From Squalus acanthias (taxonomy: Eukaryota), in assembly GCA_030390025.1 (NCBI GenBank), contig CM059440.1, forward strand, positions 52,452,001-52,516,000: a stretch of DNA of 64,000 nt, given 5' to 3'. The notes beneath the pieces were generated by a model. The model did no database searches. It had not been told where the DNA came from and saw nothing but the letters and a program-made list of their open reading frames with translations. Below are positions 14,391 to 26,560 of this stretch, piece by piece. Each line of letters begins with the position of its first letter. Position 1 is the first letter of the stretch. The position numbers were made by a program, and so were the translations under genes.

Positions 14391-14774
14391 CTTGAAATAA
14401 AACTTTTTAAAAATCTCAAGCCACATTCCCACGGGGCACACGGAGATGGGCCAAAAAAAAGAGCTGAACTTGAGCTCTGTAATGTTATTTACTGTAAATA
14501 AAATGTCCAAATAAAAAAAATCATTGTATATCCTGATGAAAGTGACGATATCACTCTTGCACAAGTATAATATGCGTGTCCCTACATTACAAGAGTGGTT
14601 GCACTTCAAAAGTGCTTCATTGGATGAGGTTAAAAAAAAAACATTCTCTGATTGCGGGCTGAATCTTTTTTTTTAAATGTTGTAGATTGGGAGATGGACT
14701 TGCATTTCAACAGCACCTTTCATGACCTCAGGATGTCCCAAAGCGCTTTACAGCCAATGAAGTACTTTTTTGAA

Positions 14775-16210
14775 ATTTTTATTATTCAAGTACATTAGTA
14801 ATCATACAACTCATCAGTTACATAGTAAACCATTACATACCTTGATCACAATAAAGCCTTAAAAACAGCTTTATGATTTTTTTTTCTGGGCCCTCCACAC
14901 TAGCATTCCCCGCAAGCAGCCAGGGTGAATCTTTTATTCAAATCAATAATACTTATACAACTCATCAATTACATAGTAAATCCATTACATTCATCCATCA
15001 CAGTAAAACATAAAGCCTTAAAAACAGCCTTATAGTTAATATAAATGCAATGATTAATTTTACAAATAATCAATAATGTTTACAGTACAAATACCCTTAA
15101 ACAATACCACACAATTTTTTAGATTTAAAATAATAAATCTCAGTTAACTCCACATAAAACAACCCATTTCAACACCACAGTGTACAGACACATAGCACCA
15201 TCATAATCCAATTAAATGCTACAGATAACATTTATTCCAATAAACCAAGAAAACCTGTTTTATGCCAGTCCTACTGGCATTGTTCATTCGATCATTCATT
15301 CAATTGTTCGTCCGTTCATTCAAGCGTTCGTCCGTTCGTTCACTCGAGCGTCCGTTCGTTCAATAATTTACCAATATTAATTTACTTTATCTTTTCAGCC
15401 ACACCCAACACTAGACAATAACCTCAAAGTAAATTCCTACATAACCACCAATACATCACCATGTGCAAATTCCCACAGTCCTTATCAGAAAATCAATTGA
15501 GCTTCAAGTAAACTGCTTTCAAACAGAAAACCTGAAACCTTCCCAACAAAACAATTAAATACCAGTTCTACGCCAGTCCTTTTGGCAATCCATTAACGAA
15601 TATCATTTGATGTTGTCGAACCATGTAAAGTCATAGTCCTTGTCCGCAGTCTTCAGCCCTTCCACGGAAAAAGAAGCCATCCACTGCCTGAAATCCCGTA
15701 AAAAGACCAAACACTCAAATCTTCTTCTGCTTGCTGTTATTGCTCACAGGACCCAACCATCAAAGAATACTCATCATTCCTTACTGATATTACTTTGCTC
15801 TGTCTTTTACTCTCCTTTTATTTTCCGTCTTTTAACCATTCACATTTTCCATCTTGTAACCGCTCACGCGCCCCATTACAGATGGAAACAGTTTGTCTTT
15901 CCTTCACCAATATGGCGACGCATAAACCGGTCCCATGACCAAGAAAAAGCCTTACAGCTGCCGCCAGGCAGAGCAGATGCTGGGCCGCTGGAACTCATTC
16001 AGGCCCGAAACCATTCTGCAACTTTCAGAACCAGTGCAGCAATGCTCACCAACCGCATCTCCCGACTCCACCTCTGCCGACCAGCCGCGCCGCCCTGGGC
16101 CCCCCGCCTGGGGTTCTCCCCGCCCAGGCCACTCTCCTCCGGGTCTTCCACCTTGGGCCTTCTGCACCGGACCCTCCGCACCGGCATTCCCCGCAAGCAG
16201 CCGGGGTGTG
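14775..16210 (-). mobile_element. Unclassified degenerate element, possibly an L1/Tx1-like 3' region; a short internally deleted copy (14775-14926) lies next to a long copy (14932-16210)
   Basis: Both copies start with tttatt...atacaactcatca.ttacatagtaaa and end with cattccccgcaagcagcc.gggtg. Family assignment is weak. Confidence 0.35.
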
Positions 16211-16912
16211 GAGCTCACCCGTTCACAAAGCACCAAGCTGAACTGAGAATCTTGCAGCCTGGGCTTCGATTTTGTCATTGGGGCGTGCTTTATGATTTTT
16301 TTTTAAGTTAATGGTCTTTTATTGGAAAAAAAAAGACTAGCATTTACAACTTGGAATGGGCATAATTGTAATTTGCCGAACAGCCATGTCGTCATTGTGC
16401 TGAAGTCCTATGTAGATATATACTCTGACGGCTCCAAGTTATGGTACAGAACAGAAGATAAACGCGAGAGTCCAAGACACTCCCTTATCATAGGTAACTT
16501 TTTAAAAAATTCAGTGAACGCTAAATTGCCTGACATCCGTTTCACTATAGTGCAATGCAGACACGTTAACCAAGTTTTATACAGACATGCCATCCATTTT
16601 TTAATTTTTTTTTAAATTAAGATCTTCAATCCTGGTAATTGTTTTGTGAGCACACTGTTAAGTATTGCTTTATGATTATTGCGGGCTGGAGTCCAGCTGG
16701 GCAATGCGTCTGGAGCGTCTATCTGCATGGAGTGTGTGTGCGTGCACAGCGCGCCAGAGACGAGCGGAGCTCCGAGGGTTGGGAGCTCTGTTCATGAGCT
16801 CTGCCCCGTGGAAGCCTCCATAAGATGCGGGGTTTTTTGCAGCCGTGGAAACCGATAAAGAAACGATTTTCACTGGTCGTCGTCTTGTGACAGCTGTCGA
16901 GGAGAGCAAAGT

Positions 16913-16967
16913 ATGGTGAGAAGTCTGCTCGCTGTTTTGGTGGCTGTTCAATTCAGTTTGGCTCAAG
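16913..16967 (+). CDS. Copy A exon 1 (signal peptide MVRSLLAVLVAVQFSLAQ)
   Basis: ATG in context aaagtATGg, hydrophobic leader, donor CAAG|GTAAGT; conserved in copies B and C. Confidence 0.85.
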
Positions 16968-19745
16968 GTAAGTCTTTAAATGTAAACAACAGAAAACGCT
17001 GGAAAAACTCAGCAGGCCAGGCAACATCCGTGGAGAGAGAAACAGTTAACGTTTCAGGTCGAAACCCTTCGTCAGAGTCTTTAAATGTAACTGTGTACTT
17101 GCACACATTAGAATGAACGATCTACACAGTTTCAGGTGGTCTTTTCACCATTTAGCAATGGCCCAAAGCAATAACAGTAGTTTCACTTGTAATGTTGGGT
17201 CATTTTAATGGGCAAGGTGGATAATTCCCAAGTAAGCATTGTTCATGGAGCTGAAAAGAGTATTTCAAAGAAACAGCTCCGTCTATTTTGTGATGTTTAC
17301 TGGTCATGTTGCTGCAGATGCTGCAGTACTTTTTTATGTCCATTTGCTGAGGTGAGATGAGGGAACCAAACTTTCTATTTCAGTAGATCACAGGAAATAT
17401 CAACCCAGGAAACAACTCTTCAGGGGAAGAGAGAAAATGCAGAAGTGGGGATAATTACTTCTTAGTGCTTTCCTGTCTTCAAGATTAAATCACTTGCAAC
17501 AATGTTGTTACTAATCTATTTGTTTTAATTCACAGCTCAGTTTCAAGTCCACACCCCAGAAGCACCAGTGACTGCTATCTACGGTCAGTACACGGTGCTG
17601 AGTTGCAGCTTTACAGCTCAGGGTGAATCATCACTGGATCGGCTGTTCATCAATTGGCACCGTGTCGAGACGGAGGAAGTTGTTTATAAATATTATTCTG
17701 GAAAAGAGCAACTGAGTCGCCAAAGCCCTCGGTATTCGGGGAGGACAAGCTTATTCCCAGAGGAGTTAAAACAAGGGAACGTTTCAGTGAAGCTAGACAG
17801 AGTGAGACCAGAGGATGCTGGACAGTATGTGTGCTTAGTTAGTAACGGAAAAGGAAATGGCCAGGGCATTGTGTCTCTAATATTTGCAGGTACATGCTTC
17901 TTTCAGTTTTCATTTTTGTTCTCAGTCAGTTCTGAAAAATTAAAGTCATGCTTCTTGGCCTCCCCTGATGGCTCAGTGAGTCTCACTATTGAGTGCCTGA
18001 GCCATACAGACCAGGTTTGATGCCCAGACTCTGCTGGTTTAGCTCCTCTCCGCTGGAGCAGTGCTATTGGTGCAATCGACACACCTCGGTTAGGGTTGGC
18101 AATCCCGTTTGCTATTCAGCAAGCCCTGTCTGGATGGCTCCAGGATCGGGCTGAACTGTGATGGCCTCGCAGGTGAAAAGCCCACTGATATTTACCATCA
18201 AGGGTTACGTATGATTTTGGCTGAACAGCTGCCAGCAGGATATTTATTGTGGGATTTTCACCTTCAACTTGATCACTTGGTACAATGATTTGAATATCTC
18301 CAAATTGATCACAAACAGCAATATCTACTATTCTGTTTGTACTTGGATTTGTTGTTTTTGAGCATTTAAAGCTTTTATTGCATTATTCAATTAGTTATTA
18401 ACTGGAACAAAATTCCTAGTTGGCATTATTTTTATCAAGTTTATTTCTTGTTTCTAATGACCCTTTTGTAAAATCTACAGCATACTACAAGGAACCTGAC
18501 TTTTTTATCCAATTAACACCATCCGGGACAGTGTTCAGATTCGAGTCCCAAGGTTACCCTGAGGCTACTGTTTCCTGGTACAATGAAGAAAATGAAGATA
18601 TTTCCACACTGTCTGAGACTTCGTACCAACAAAGTGGAGATGGTCTATACTCCCTGCAGAGTATTCTGCAAATCAGTGACACCAATAGGAGTGCGAACTA
18701 CACATTCAGATTAAGAAATGATGTTCTACACCAATCAGTTTCTCGAACATTTGGTCTTTCTGTAGGTAAGTTGTGTCCTACACTCAGTACTCATAACCTC
18801 CAGTTGTCTTGTGATACAATGCTGAATCACGACATCTTGATCTCCATGCCATTTGAAGTAAAGGAAATCTTCTTTCAGTTCTTCAGAAACTTCTGTTCCA
18901 GTCTCTGGTTCCACAAGTATAAACCGCTGCACCTTTTTTAACTTTCATGGGCCGACACTTCTTGACTTATCAATGTTCTTGGCCTCACTATCTCCCAAGA
19001 CCACAAATGGAGCTGCTGCATTGCTCGGCTGCTCAAAAGCTGTTTCCTCGTTTGTGCCAAACTTCTTACCAAATACCTTTAACTCTCTATAGCTCGAGTC
19101 CTTTTGTGACTTGGATACTGCTCCCATATTTGCGAAGACTCTCCTTAATGTCTCCCTCGCACCTTGGAGAGGATATAAGAAGTTTTCTCTCTATGCTGTA
19201 TTGTACCCTCCACGCTATGTAAACTTCAGCTCATCCAAAACCCTGCTGCCCTTCTCCTATCCTGCACTATGATCTGCTAACCCTGTCCCTGTGCTCGCTG
19301 GCCTACATTAGCTCCTGGTTACCAACGCCTCAAATTAAAAATTCTTATCCTTGTGGTTAAGTCCCTTCATGGCCTGATCCCTCCTAATCTCTCTGTACCC
19401 TTCTCTAGCCCTACAACCCTCTGAGAACTCTGCATTGCTCCAACTCTGGCATCTTGTGAATTCCCTACTGCCATCGCCCTGCCACTGGCAGCCATCTATA
19501 GCTTGCGCTCCAGAAGTGTGTGTGTGTGTGTGTGTGTGTGTGCGCTGAAACCACTGCTGTAATGATCAATAGTTTTTTTCCCCACAGAAATGAAAACTGA
19601 TCACGTTCTTACAAGAAATCGCTGGATGCTTGCAGTCACTCTCCTTGCTATTGAATTTATAATTTTAATTCTAGTCATAGCCGTGTGCAAGAAACTTGTT
19701 TCACTGGCAAATGGAGAGAAACAAAATGAACACGGCATTACGTGA
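16913..19745 (+). CDS. B7-family (CD276/B7-H3-like) type I membrane protein, copy A, 283 aa; join(16913-16967,17536-17889,18481-18765,19588-19745)
   Basis: Four phase-1 exons with GT-AG sites give one open frame of 852 nt: signal peptide, IgV (C..W..RTSLF..GNVSVKL..DAGQYVC), IgC with GYPEATVSW, TM, short tail; AATAAA 20016-20021. Confidence 0.9.
16986..17075 (-). mobile_element. 90-bp Penelope-like terminal fragment with hammerhead core, in intron 1 of copy A
   Basis: 15-bp TSD agtctttaaatgtaa (16971-16985, 17076-17090); empty site in copies B and C; matches 43120-43213; minus strand CTGACGA-agggtttcgacct-GAAAC. Confidence 0.85.
17536..17889 (+). CDS. Copy A exon 2 (IgV)
   Basis: cacag| acceptor, GCAG|GTAC donor, 354 nt, canonical IgV Cys-Trp-DxGxYxC. 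Confidence 0.93.
18481..18765 (+). CDS. Copy A exon 3 (IgC-like, cysteine-free)
   Basis: ctacag| acceptor, GTAG|GTAAGT donor, 285 nt; YYKEP...GYPEATVSW...GLYSLQSIL...NYTFRLRNDVLHQ. Confidence 0.92.
19588..19745 (+). CDS. Copy A exon 4 (TM + tail: EMKTDHVLTRNRWMLAVTLLAIEFIILILVIAVCKKLVSLANGEKQNEHGIT*)
   Basis: tttttttccccacag| acceptor, hydrophobic stretch then CKK stop-transfer, TGA 19743-19745. Confidence 0.88.
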
Positions 19746-21649
19746 TGGATCATTCAAGAAAATACATGTGATTGGACGCTGCCCCTTCAGCCATGAAAAC
19801 CGATATTTACTGTCGCAACATAGTGGGTTACTGCTTTTCGCAGCCTTGTGCAAATGTGGACACGTCTTCTTGACCCTCACTACTAAATATCAGCACGCAG
19901 AATAAGAAGTGCCATCTGATTGGTCCCTTTTCTCATTTGTAACTTCCAAACTCTTATTTATTTAATATAACTGTGTTTTTTGTCCATCTTCTGCTGGACC
20001 AGGACAGCTTAATGCAATAAAGCTTTGTATTTAATTCTATTTTTTTCTTTTGTCATTGTCTCCAAGAATTGCTTTCGTTATTTTAGCACCCTGTCCTCCT
20101 TTAGTTTAACACTTGCACTGTGAATTTCTTCGGGCCTTCTCCCGCTCCACCGCCATAACTTTGGGAAGCCCTGTTTTCCGATGTAATCTGACTGCTGCTG
20201 AAGTTAAGGCGGCACTGTGTGTGTGCGTGCGTGTGGTCTGTGAGCTGAGACACTGACTGAGGGTGTTTTGAGGATCAGTGTTCCACACACAGTAAACACT
20301 GGGAGCTAGAAACCGAATCCGAGGCTGATTCTTCCCCGTCAGTCTGGGGCACTAAGGGAATTGCAGCACGTTACTCCAATTAGGAATTGAACCTGGGGCC
20401 TTCTTAGTATGGCTGTTATATACTGGTTCTGTCAGCTGTACCATCAGATGACCTTCAAAAGAACTATGCTCTAACCCATTGCTACTCCCAGATCCTATTT
20501 TTGGGTAAAAGTGGGTGGGCTAGGAATGGCACTAGTGCAGAGTACTGTTTTTAAAAGATTGCATTGTAACACCACACAGAACTGACTTTAAATTAAGAAC
20601 CCTATAAGTTTAAGGGTGAAATGGCACTCTGATGCACCTATAAGATGCAAACCTGCCAGCACTACTAACCCTACCCAGGCTAAAGTCATGATCTCATTGA
20701 ATGGCGGAACAGGCTCGAGGGGCTGAATGGCCTCCTCCTGTTCCTATGTTCCAGACAGTAAAGAGGCAATCTGCTCACGGGTCCTATCAGTGCTGTTTTG
20801 TAAATGACCAGCAGGTGGCGGTTGAGACCAGTCCAGGGTGACTTGCCCTCTTGCTTTCCATCTGTGCCTGGGGAGCTGTTAACTGTTCGTTCATGGCTTA
20901 AAAATTCTTCATGAATAAAAAGCAGGACTTACTCAGCAGGTCAGGCAACATCTGTGGAGAAACAGAAGTCAGTCAGTCGCAAATTTAAGGTTGACAGCAG
21001 GTTATATCTATCAGGAAAGGATGAACAGGCTGGGTCTCTTTTCTCTTGAAAAGAGAAGGCTGAGGGGTGACCTAATAGAGGTCTTTAAAATTATGAAAGA
21101 TTTTGATAGAGTAGACACACAAAGTGTTTCCACTTGTGGGGAAGAGTAAAAAGAGAAAGAGCTGCAAATGCTGGAAATCTGAAACAAATTCACAAAAACA
21201 CATGGCAGGTCCATCAACATCTGTAAAGGGTTTACACTCTGCCTCAGAACTGAAGATTGGACTCTGAGTGATGAACTAGACAGCTGTTGGCACCTGTGCA
21301 CCACACAACACTTGAGTTACCACCTTCAGGAGAGGAGAAAATTGGAGGTAAAATACCAATAAAAGTGTCCCTTTTAGATTGTGGGCAGAAGAGAAGGCTG
21401 AAGTGCGTGAGGAGTTCGACAGGTTTGAGGCCTGGGGAAAGAATTAGTGTTGGAAAACAGTGAAACCAATCTTGATTTCAACACAATGGAGATGCCGGGA
21501 GGAGGAAGAGTTTGCACGACAGTGAATTTACAGTTAATAAGGAACAAGAGAGGTAAATTCGGGGAAGCACTGACCATAGCAGTATTGATAAAATAGAAGC
21601 AAGAAAGACTGCAGTAGAAAGAGAGGTTGGACACTATAGGTGAGAGGGA

Positions 21650-22036
21650 TTTTTTTTTAATTCATTCACAGGATGTGGGCATCACCTGCAAGGCCAGCAT
21701 TTATTGCCCATCTCTAACTGCCCTAGAGAAGTTGGTGGGCCATCATTTCAGAGGGCAGTTAAGAGTCAATGACAGTGCTGTGGGTCACATTATCGGCCAG
21801 ACCAGCAGATTTCCTTCCCTAAAGGACATTAGTGAGCCAGATGGGTTTTTATGACAATCTAGTAGTTTCACAGTCACCATTACTGACACTAGCTTTTTAT
21901 TCCAGATTTGTTTTATTAACTGAATTTAAATTCCACAGCTGCCATGGTGGGATTTGAATATAGGTTGACGCTGAATCATTAGTCCAAGCCTACTGGATTA
22001 CTAGTCCAGTAACATAACCACTATGCCACGATACCC
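21650..22036 (-). mobile_element. tRNA-headed SINE with 3' tail shared with the CR1-like LINE at 11228-11930
   Basis: Head gtggcatagtggttatg...aaatcccacca on - strand; tail gggcaataaatgctggccttg. Paralogous copy at 32996-33380; partial copy ~56130-56297. Confidence 0.7.
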
Positions 22037-22697
22037 TATTAGACAACAAGCTTTTAGCTTTTTCCTGTCTGGAACGTGAGGAGGGTGTCGGAAGGGAATG
22101 CGATTACAATTTTCTTGCATGCAGCACACCAAGGAATCCTTCCCCTATATTGCTTATCACATGATGATTATGAATGAGGAAGGCCAATCAGCCCATCTTA
22201 ATTCACCCATTCAGAGAGATCCTAATGTCTTCCCTGTTATGAGGTGTGCATAGGAAATGGCTAAGTTAGGATACCTCGACCTGAGGAGAAAGCATTGAGT
22301 GAATGCCTTGAAAAATGTATTTATTATGAGTGAATTATTATAAGTGAAAGAAAGAGCATTAAAAAGCTTCCTGAATGTAATAACATTTGTTAAGGTGGCA
22401 TCGGCATAAACATGCAGAATGTCCTTTGCCTTGTGTAAATAGCAGATTCTGTGCTCCCGGAGGAACGCCACGCTGGAAGGGAGCAGAGGTTGGGGATTTG
22501 AGCTGTTGCACTGTAGCCCCAATCCTCTGACCCTCCCTCCCTGCGAGGCACAAATCCCCACTGGGAGCCGGGATTGCAAGTATTTTATGGAGGATGGATG
22601 GGGATTGGAGGGGGGTGGTGTTGGTGATTCTGAGGGAAATGCAGTAACATTTGTAAATAGTGGGCAAATGCCATGTGGTTAAGCATCACGAGAGAAA

Positions 22698-23130
22698 AGA
22701 AAGACTTTCATTTATATAGCGCCTTTCGGGACATCCCAGAGTGCTTTACAGCCAATGAAGCACTTTTTGAAGTGTTGTCACTGTTGGAATGTGGCAGCCA
22801 ATTTGTGCACAGCAAGCTCCCACAAACAACAACGTGATAATGACCAGATAATCTGTTTTAGTGATGTTGATTGAGGGGTAAATATTGGCCCCAGGACACC
22901 AGGGATAACTCCCCTGCTCTTCTTCGAAATAATGACGTGGGATCTTTTACATCCAGCTGAGAGGGCAGAGGGGGCCTCAGTTTAAAGTCTCATCTGAAAG
23001 ACGGCACCTCCGACAGTGCGGCACTCCCTCAGCACTGCACTGGGAGTGTCAGCCTAGATTCTTGCGCTCAAGTCTCTGGGGTGGGACTTGAACCCATGAC
23101 CTTCTGACGCGGGTGCTACCAACTGAGCCA
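22698..23130 (-). mobile_element. SacSINE1/DeuSINE-like SINE, near full length
   Basis: Pol III A/B-box head (tggctcagttggtagc; ggttcaagtccc), Deu-like core, L2-type tail. Further copies at ~26650-26878, 36690-37085, 49385-49775, 54435-54860, 55195-55605, 58790-59105. Confidence 0.8.
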
Positions 23131-24649
23131 CACACGTGTCACGTGATCAAATCTCCAGGAATACTTCAAATCAGAATTGGCATCCCCAGTTGGGCTGTGT
23201 CCTGGGGTGGTTAATCGTTTATTGTTGTAGCCTATAAGATACAGAATTATGAAATAAGGCTGTTCACCTTGCTCCCTCTGTTTTTTGGAGGGGAAAAAGA
23301 TAGCTGGCCTGCAGGTCAAGCTTTGGAGAGAGGATGACATTGCTGGGGGGCTATTGCATGTGAGATTTAATCAATGTGCTGAGTAATACACCAGTTGCTA
23401 TTGTCGTCATTTTGGACGTGTCCTTTGATATTGTACACAGTCCGATAGAACAAGCATACCTCAGCTGTGGTTCAGTGTGTAGCACCCTCGCCTCTGAGTC
23501 AGAAGCCACAAAACATTGCTTCTTCTGCACTGATCGTGCAAAAAGCACCTGTTTCTATTTTGGGTGGGTGAAAGTTGATCCTCCATTCTAGTCTTACATC
23601 ACTTTGCCACTTGTATATCACTGCCCTGGAGGAGTGAAGTAGACAACAGTTGACAGACAGTAATGTGCTCTGCTCCACTATTGCTGTGATCGTTAAATGG
23701 CAGCTCTCCTGATTTAGGTTCCATCTCCTGCTGCTAATTTCAAATTGCAGCCTGCCCACGCAGGATAAACAGACAAAAAATCAATTTAAAAATCAGCAGT
23801 GGGAGCCTGGACGGGAATTGGGAGGAACAGTTGCTATTTAAATATCACAGTGCTGAAGGAGTGGAACGGAGCAATATTTACTATTAACAGCCGATAAGAG
23901 TGAGCTCGGGGCTGCAACAAGGGGGCAGGTAATGTGGCTTCGAAACGGAATCACCCGCACTGCTCCAGGAGTGGCCGAGCTACACTGCGGGATGGCAGCA
24001 CCAGTGAAGGACTGCCTGCTGCTCTGTGTGCTGGGGCAATTCCCCGGAGCCAGTTTCAGGAGCACCGGGGCGTTGTTGCCAGGGTGGCCGGGATGGGGAT
24101 GGTGGTGACGGGGGAGGAGGGCAGGTTGTTTTTAGAGTTTTCCACGGTGACCTCTCCTCCAATGCCCGTTCGGTTGCGCTGTGCAGTTGTGGCGCTGCTC
24201 AGGCACACCAGCTGCATAATTTAAAAAAGAAATCAGGAGCCTATTGAGCCTCGGGCACAACTTGTGCATTGGTGCCCAGCCCCCCTCTGACTCACCACCT
24301 TATTTGCACAAGCCAAGCACCTCAGGTACTTGGAAGGCGCCACACCTCATTTTCCCAGGAAGGACGCACCATCGTGTTATCAGCCCCATCTTTTCCAACA
24401 GAGTAAACAAAGCCGCTGTTTGTTCTTGTATAACTGATAATATTTTTGTGCACAAATCTTCCTAAATTCCTGGGTACATGCCTTACACATGAAGAAAGAG
24501 AAAAACAGACAGAAATTCAGAGAGAGAGAGACAGAAAGAATTAGCCAGTGGAAGCAGAGCAGAATGGATTACAGAAATTCAGAGAGAATTAGAGAGGAGC
24601 AGAGCAACATTGACAGAAATTCAGCGAGAGGCCATAAAGAGAACAATGT

Positions 24650-26560
24650 ACTGGGACTAGAGGAATAGAATACAGAAGGCGGGGGTGGGGGGGGGGGTAA
24701 TGTTAAATTTAGATAGAACCTTGGTTAGACCACACTTGGAGAATTCTGTGAAGTTCTGGTCTCCACACTACAAAAAGCTTTGAAGAAAGTGCCAAAAAAG
24801 ATTCACGAGGATGGGGGAATCCAGAACAAGAGGCACAATCTTAAATTTAGAGCCAGGCCATTTAGGAGTGAAATCAGGAAGCACTTTTTCCACACAAACG
24901 GTGGTGGATCTGGAACTCGTTCTCCCAAAAGACTGTGAATGCTGGGTCAACTGAAATTTTAAACACTGAGATTGATAGATTTTTATTCGGTAAGCATCTA
25001 AAGGATTATGGAGCAAATGGATTTGAGGTGCAGATCAGCCAAGATCGAATTGAATGGCGGAATAGGCTCGATGGGCTGAATGGCCTCCTCCTGTTCCTAT
25101 GATAGGGTAGATGTGGAAAAATTGCTTCCACTTGTGGGTGAGTCAAGAACAATGGGATAAGATAGCCACTAACTGATCAAAAAAAGAATTTAGGAGGAAT
25201 TTCTTGACACAAAGGGTGGTGTAGGGTTCCCAGCCCTCCCGCTATCTATCGGAATGGGCGATTGGTCTCTGAAACGTTGCTGCTGGCGACTCGGGAGAAA
25301 GGGTCCGTGTATTCGCATTGTCTGGGCCTTGCTGGTTCCCCAGCGATTGTCTCTCCTCATTCTTCCTACCAAAATGTATCTGTTATGTGTTGAATTTCAT
25401 CTGCCGTGAGTCCACCCATTCCACCAGCCTGTCTGTGTCCTTTTTAAGTCTATTACTGTCCTCCTGATTGTTTACTACACTTTCAAGTTTTGTATCGTCT
25501 GCCAATTTCGAAATTGTGCCCTATACCCTCAAGTCCAAGTCATTAATGTCTATGAAAAACAGCAGTGGTCCTAGTACTGAACCCGGGGGAACTCCACTGT
25601 ATACCTCCCTCCAGTCCAAGAAACAACCATTAAATAGAATATACAGCACGGAAACAGGCCATTTGGCCCAACCAGTCCATGCTGGGGTTCATGTTCCTCT
25701 CGAGACTTCTCCCATCCTTCCTCATACGAACATACGACATACGTACAATGACGGACAGGTAAAGGCCCTCTGGTCCATCCAGCCTGTCTCACACAATTGC
25801 GATACTTTGTGTATCACAATATATACACCCTCCACCCCACCCGAAACCATGTGATCTCCTGGGAGAGGCAAAAAAAACCAGGCCAATTTGGGAAAAAAAT
25901 CTGGGAAATTCCTCTCCATGATTGCCATCTAGGCGAGCAAACTAGTGCCGGAGATCACTCTGGCCCTGAATTCCCTGCAGTGCCTACCTTCTGTAAGAGG
26001 TGATCTCCGCCCCAGCCAGAAACAGGTCCAGCTCTTGCTTGAAGGAATTCAGCGAATCAGAGTCCACCGCACGAGACGACAGCCTGTTCCAGAGTTCCAC
26101 TACTCTCTGGGAAAAGAACCATCTCCTGGTATCTAACCTAGATCTGGCCTTATACAACTTCAATTTGTGACCACTAGTCCTCCCTGACCTAACTATCATC
26201 TAACTCTATCAGCATTTCCTCTATTCCCTTCTCCCTCAAATGCTTATCTAGCTTCCCCTTAAATGCATCTATACTATTCGCCTCAACCTTTGGAACAGAG
26301 GAGGCTGATGGGAGACTTGATTGAGGTGTATAAAATTATGAGGGGCCTAGATAGACTGGATAGGCAGAACCTATTTCCCTTAGCAGAGAGGTCAATAACC
26401 AGGGGGCATAGATTTAACGTAATTGGAGAAGGATTAGAGGGGAATGAGGGAGAACTTTTTTCACCCAGAGGCTGGATAGCTCTTTTTCAGCCGGCACAGA
26501 CACGATGGGCCGAATGGCTTCCTTTTGTGTCATAAATTTCTATGATTCTATGACCACTCC
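24650..26560. mobile_element. Cluster of short degenerate CR1 fragments in both orientations
   Basis: FFSQRVVELWNRL (25984-26199 -), LEQRRLMGDLIEVYKIM (26263-26535 +), antisense FADDTKL near 25480-25510. Confidence 0.7.

Larger units (their letters stand above)
16750..23505 (+). repeat. Segmental duplication arm A (inverted relative to arm B, direct relative to arm C)
   Basis: Collinear high similarity across introns and flanks: to 32721-41535 (inverted, up to ~22311) and to 42110-55237 (direct). Confidence 0.9.

Noticed and set aside
19588-20021. Butyrophilin assignment
   Set aside because: Stop codon is in the TM exon with AATAAA soon after; no heptad exons or B30.2 domain seen.
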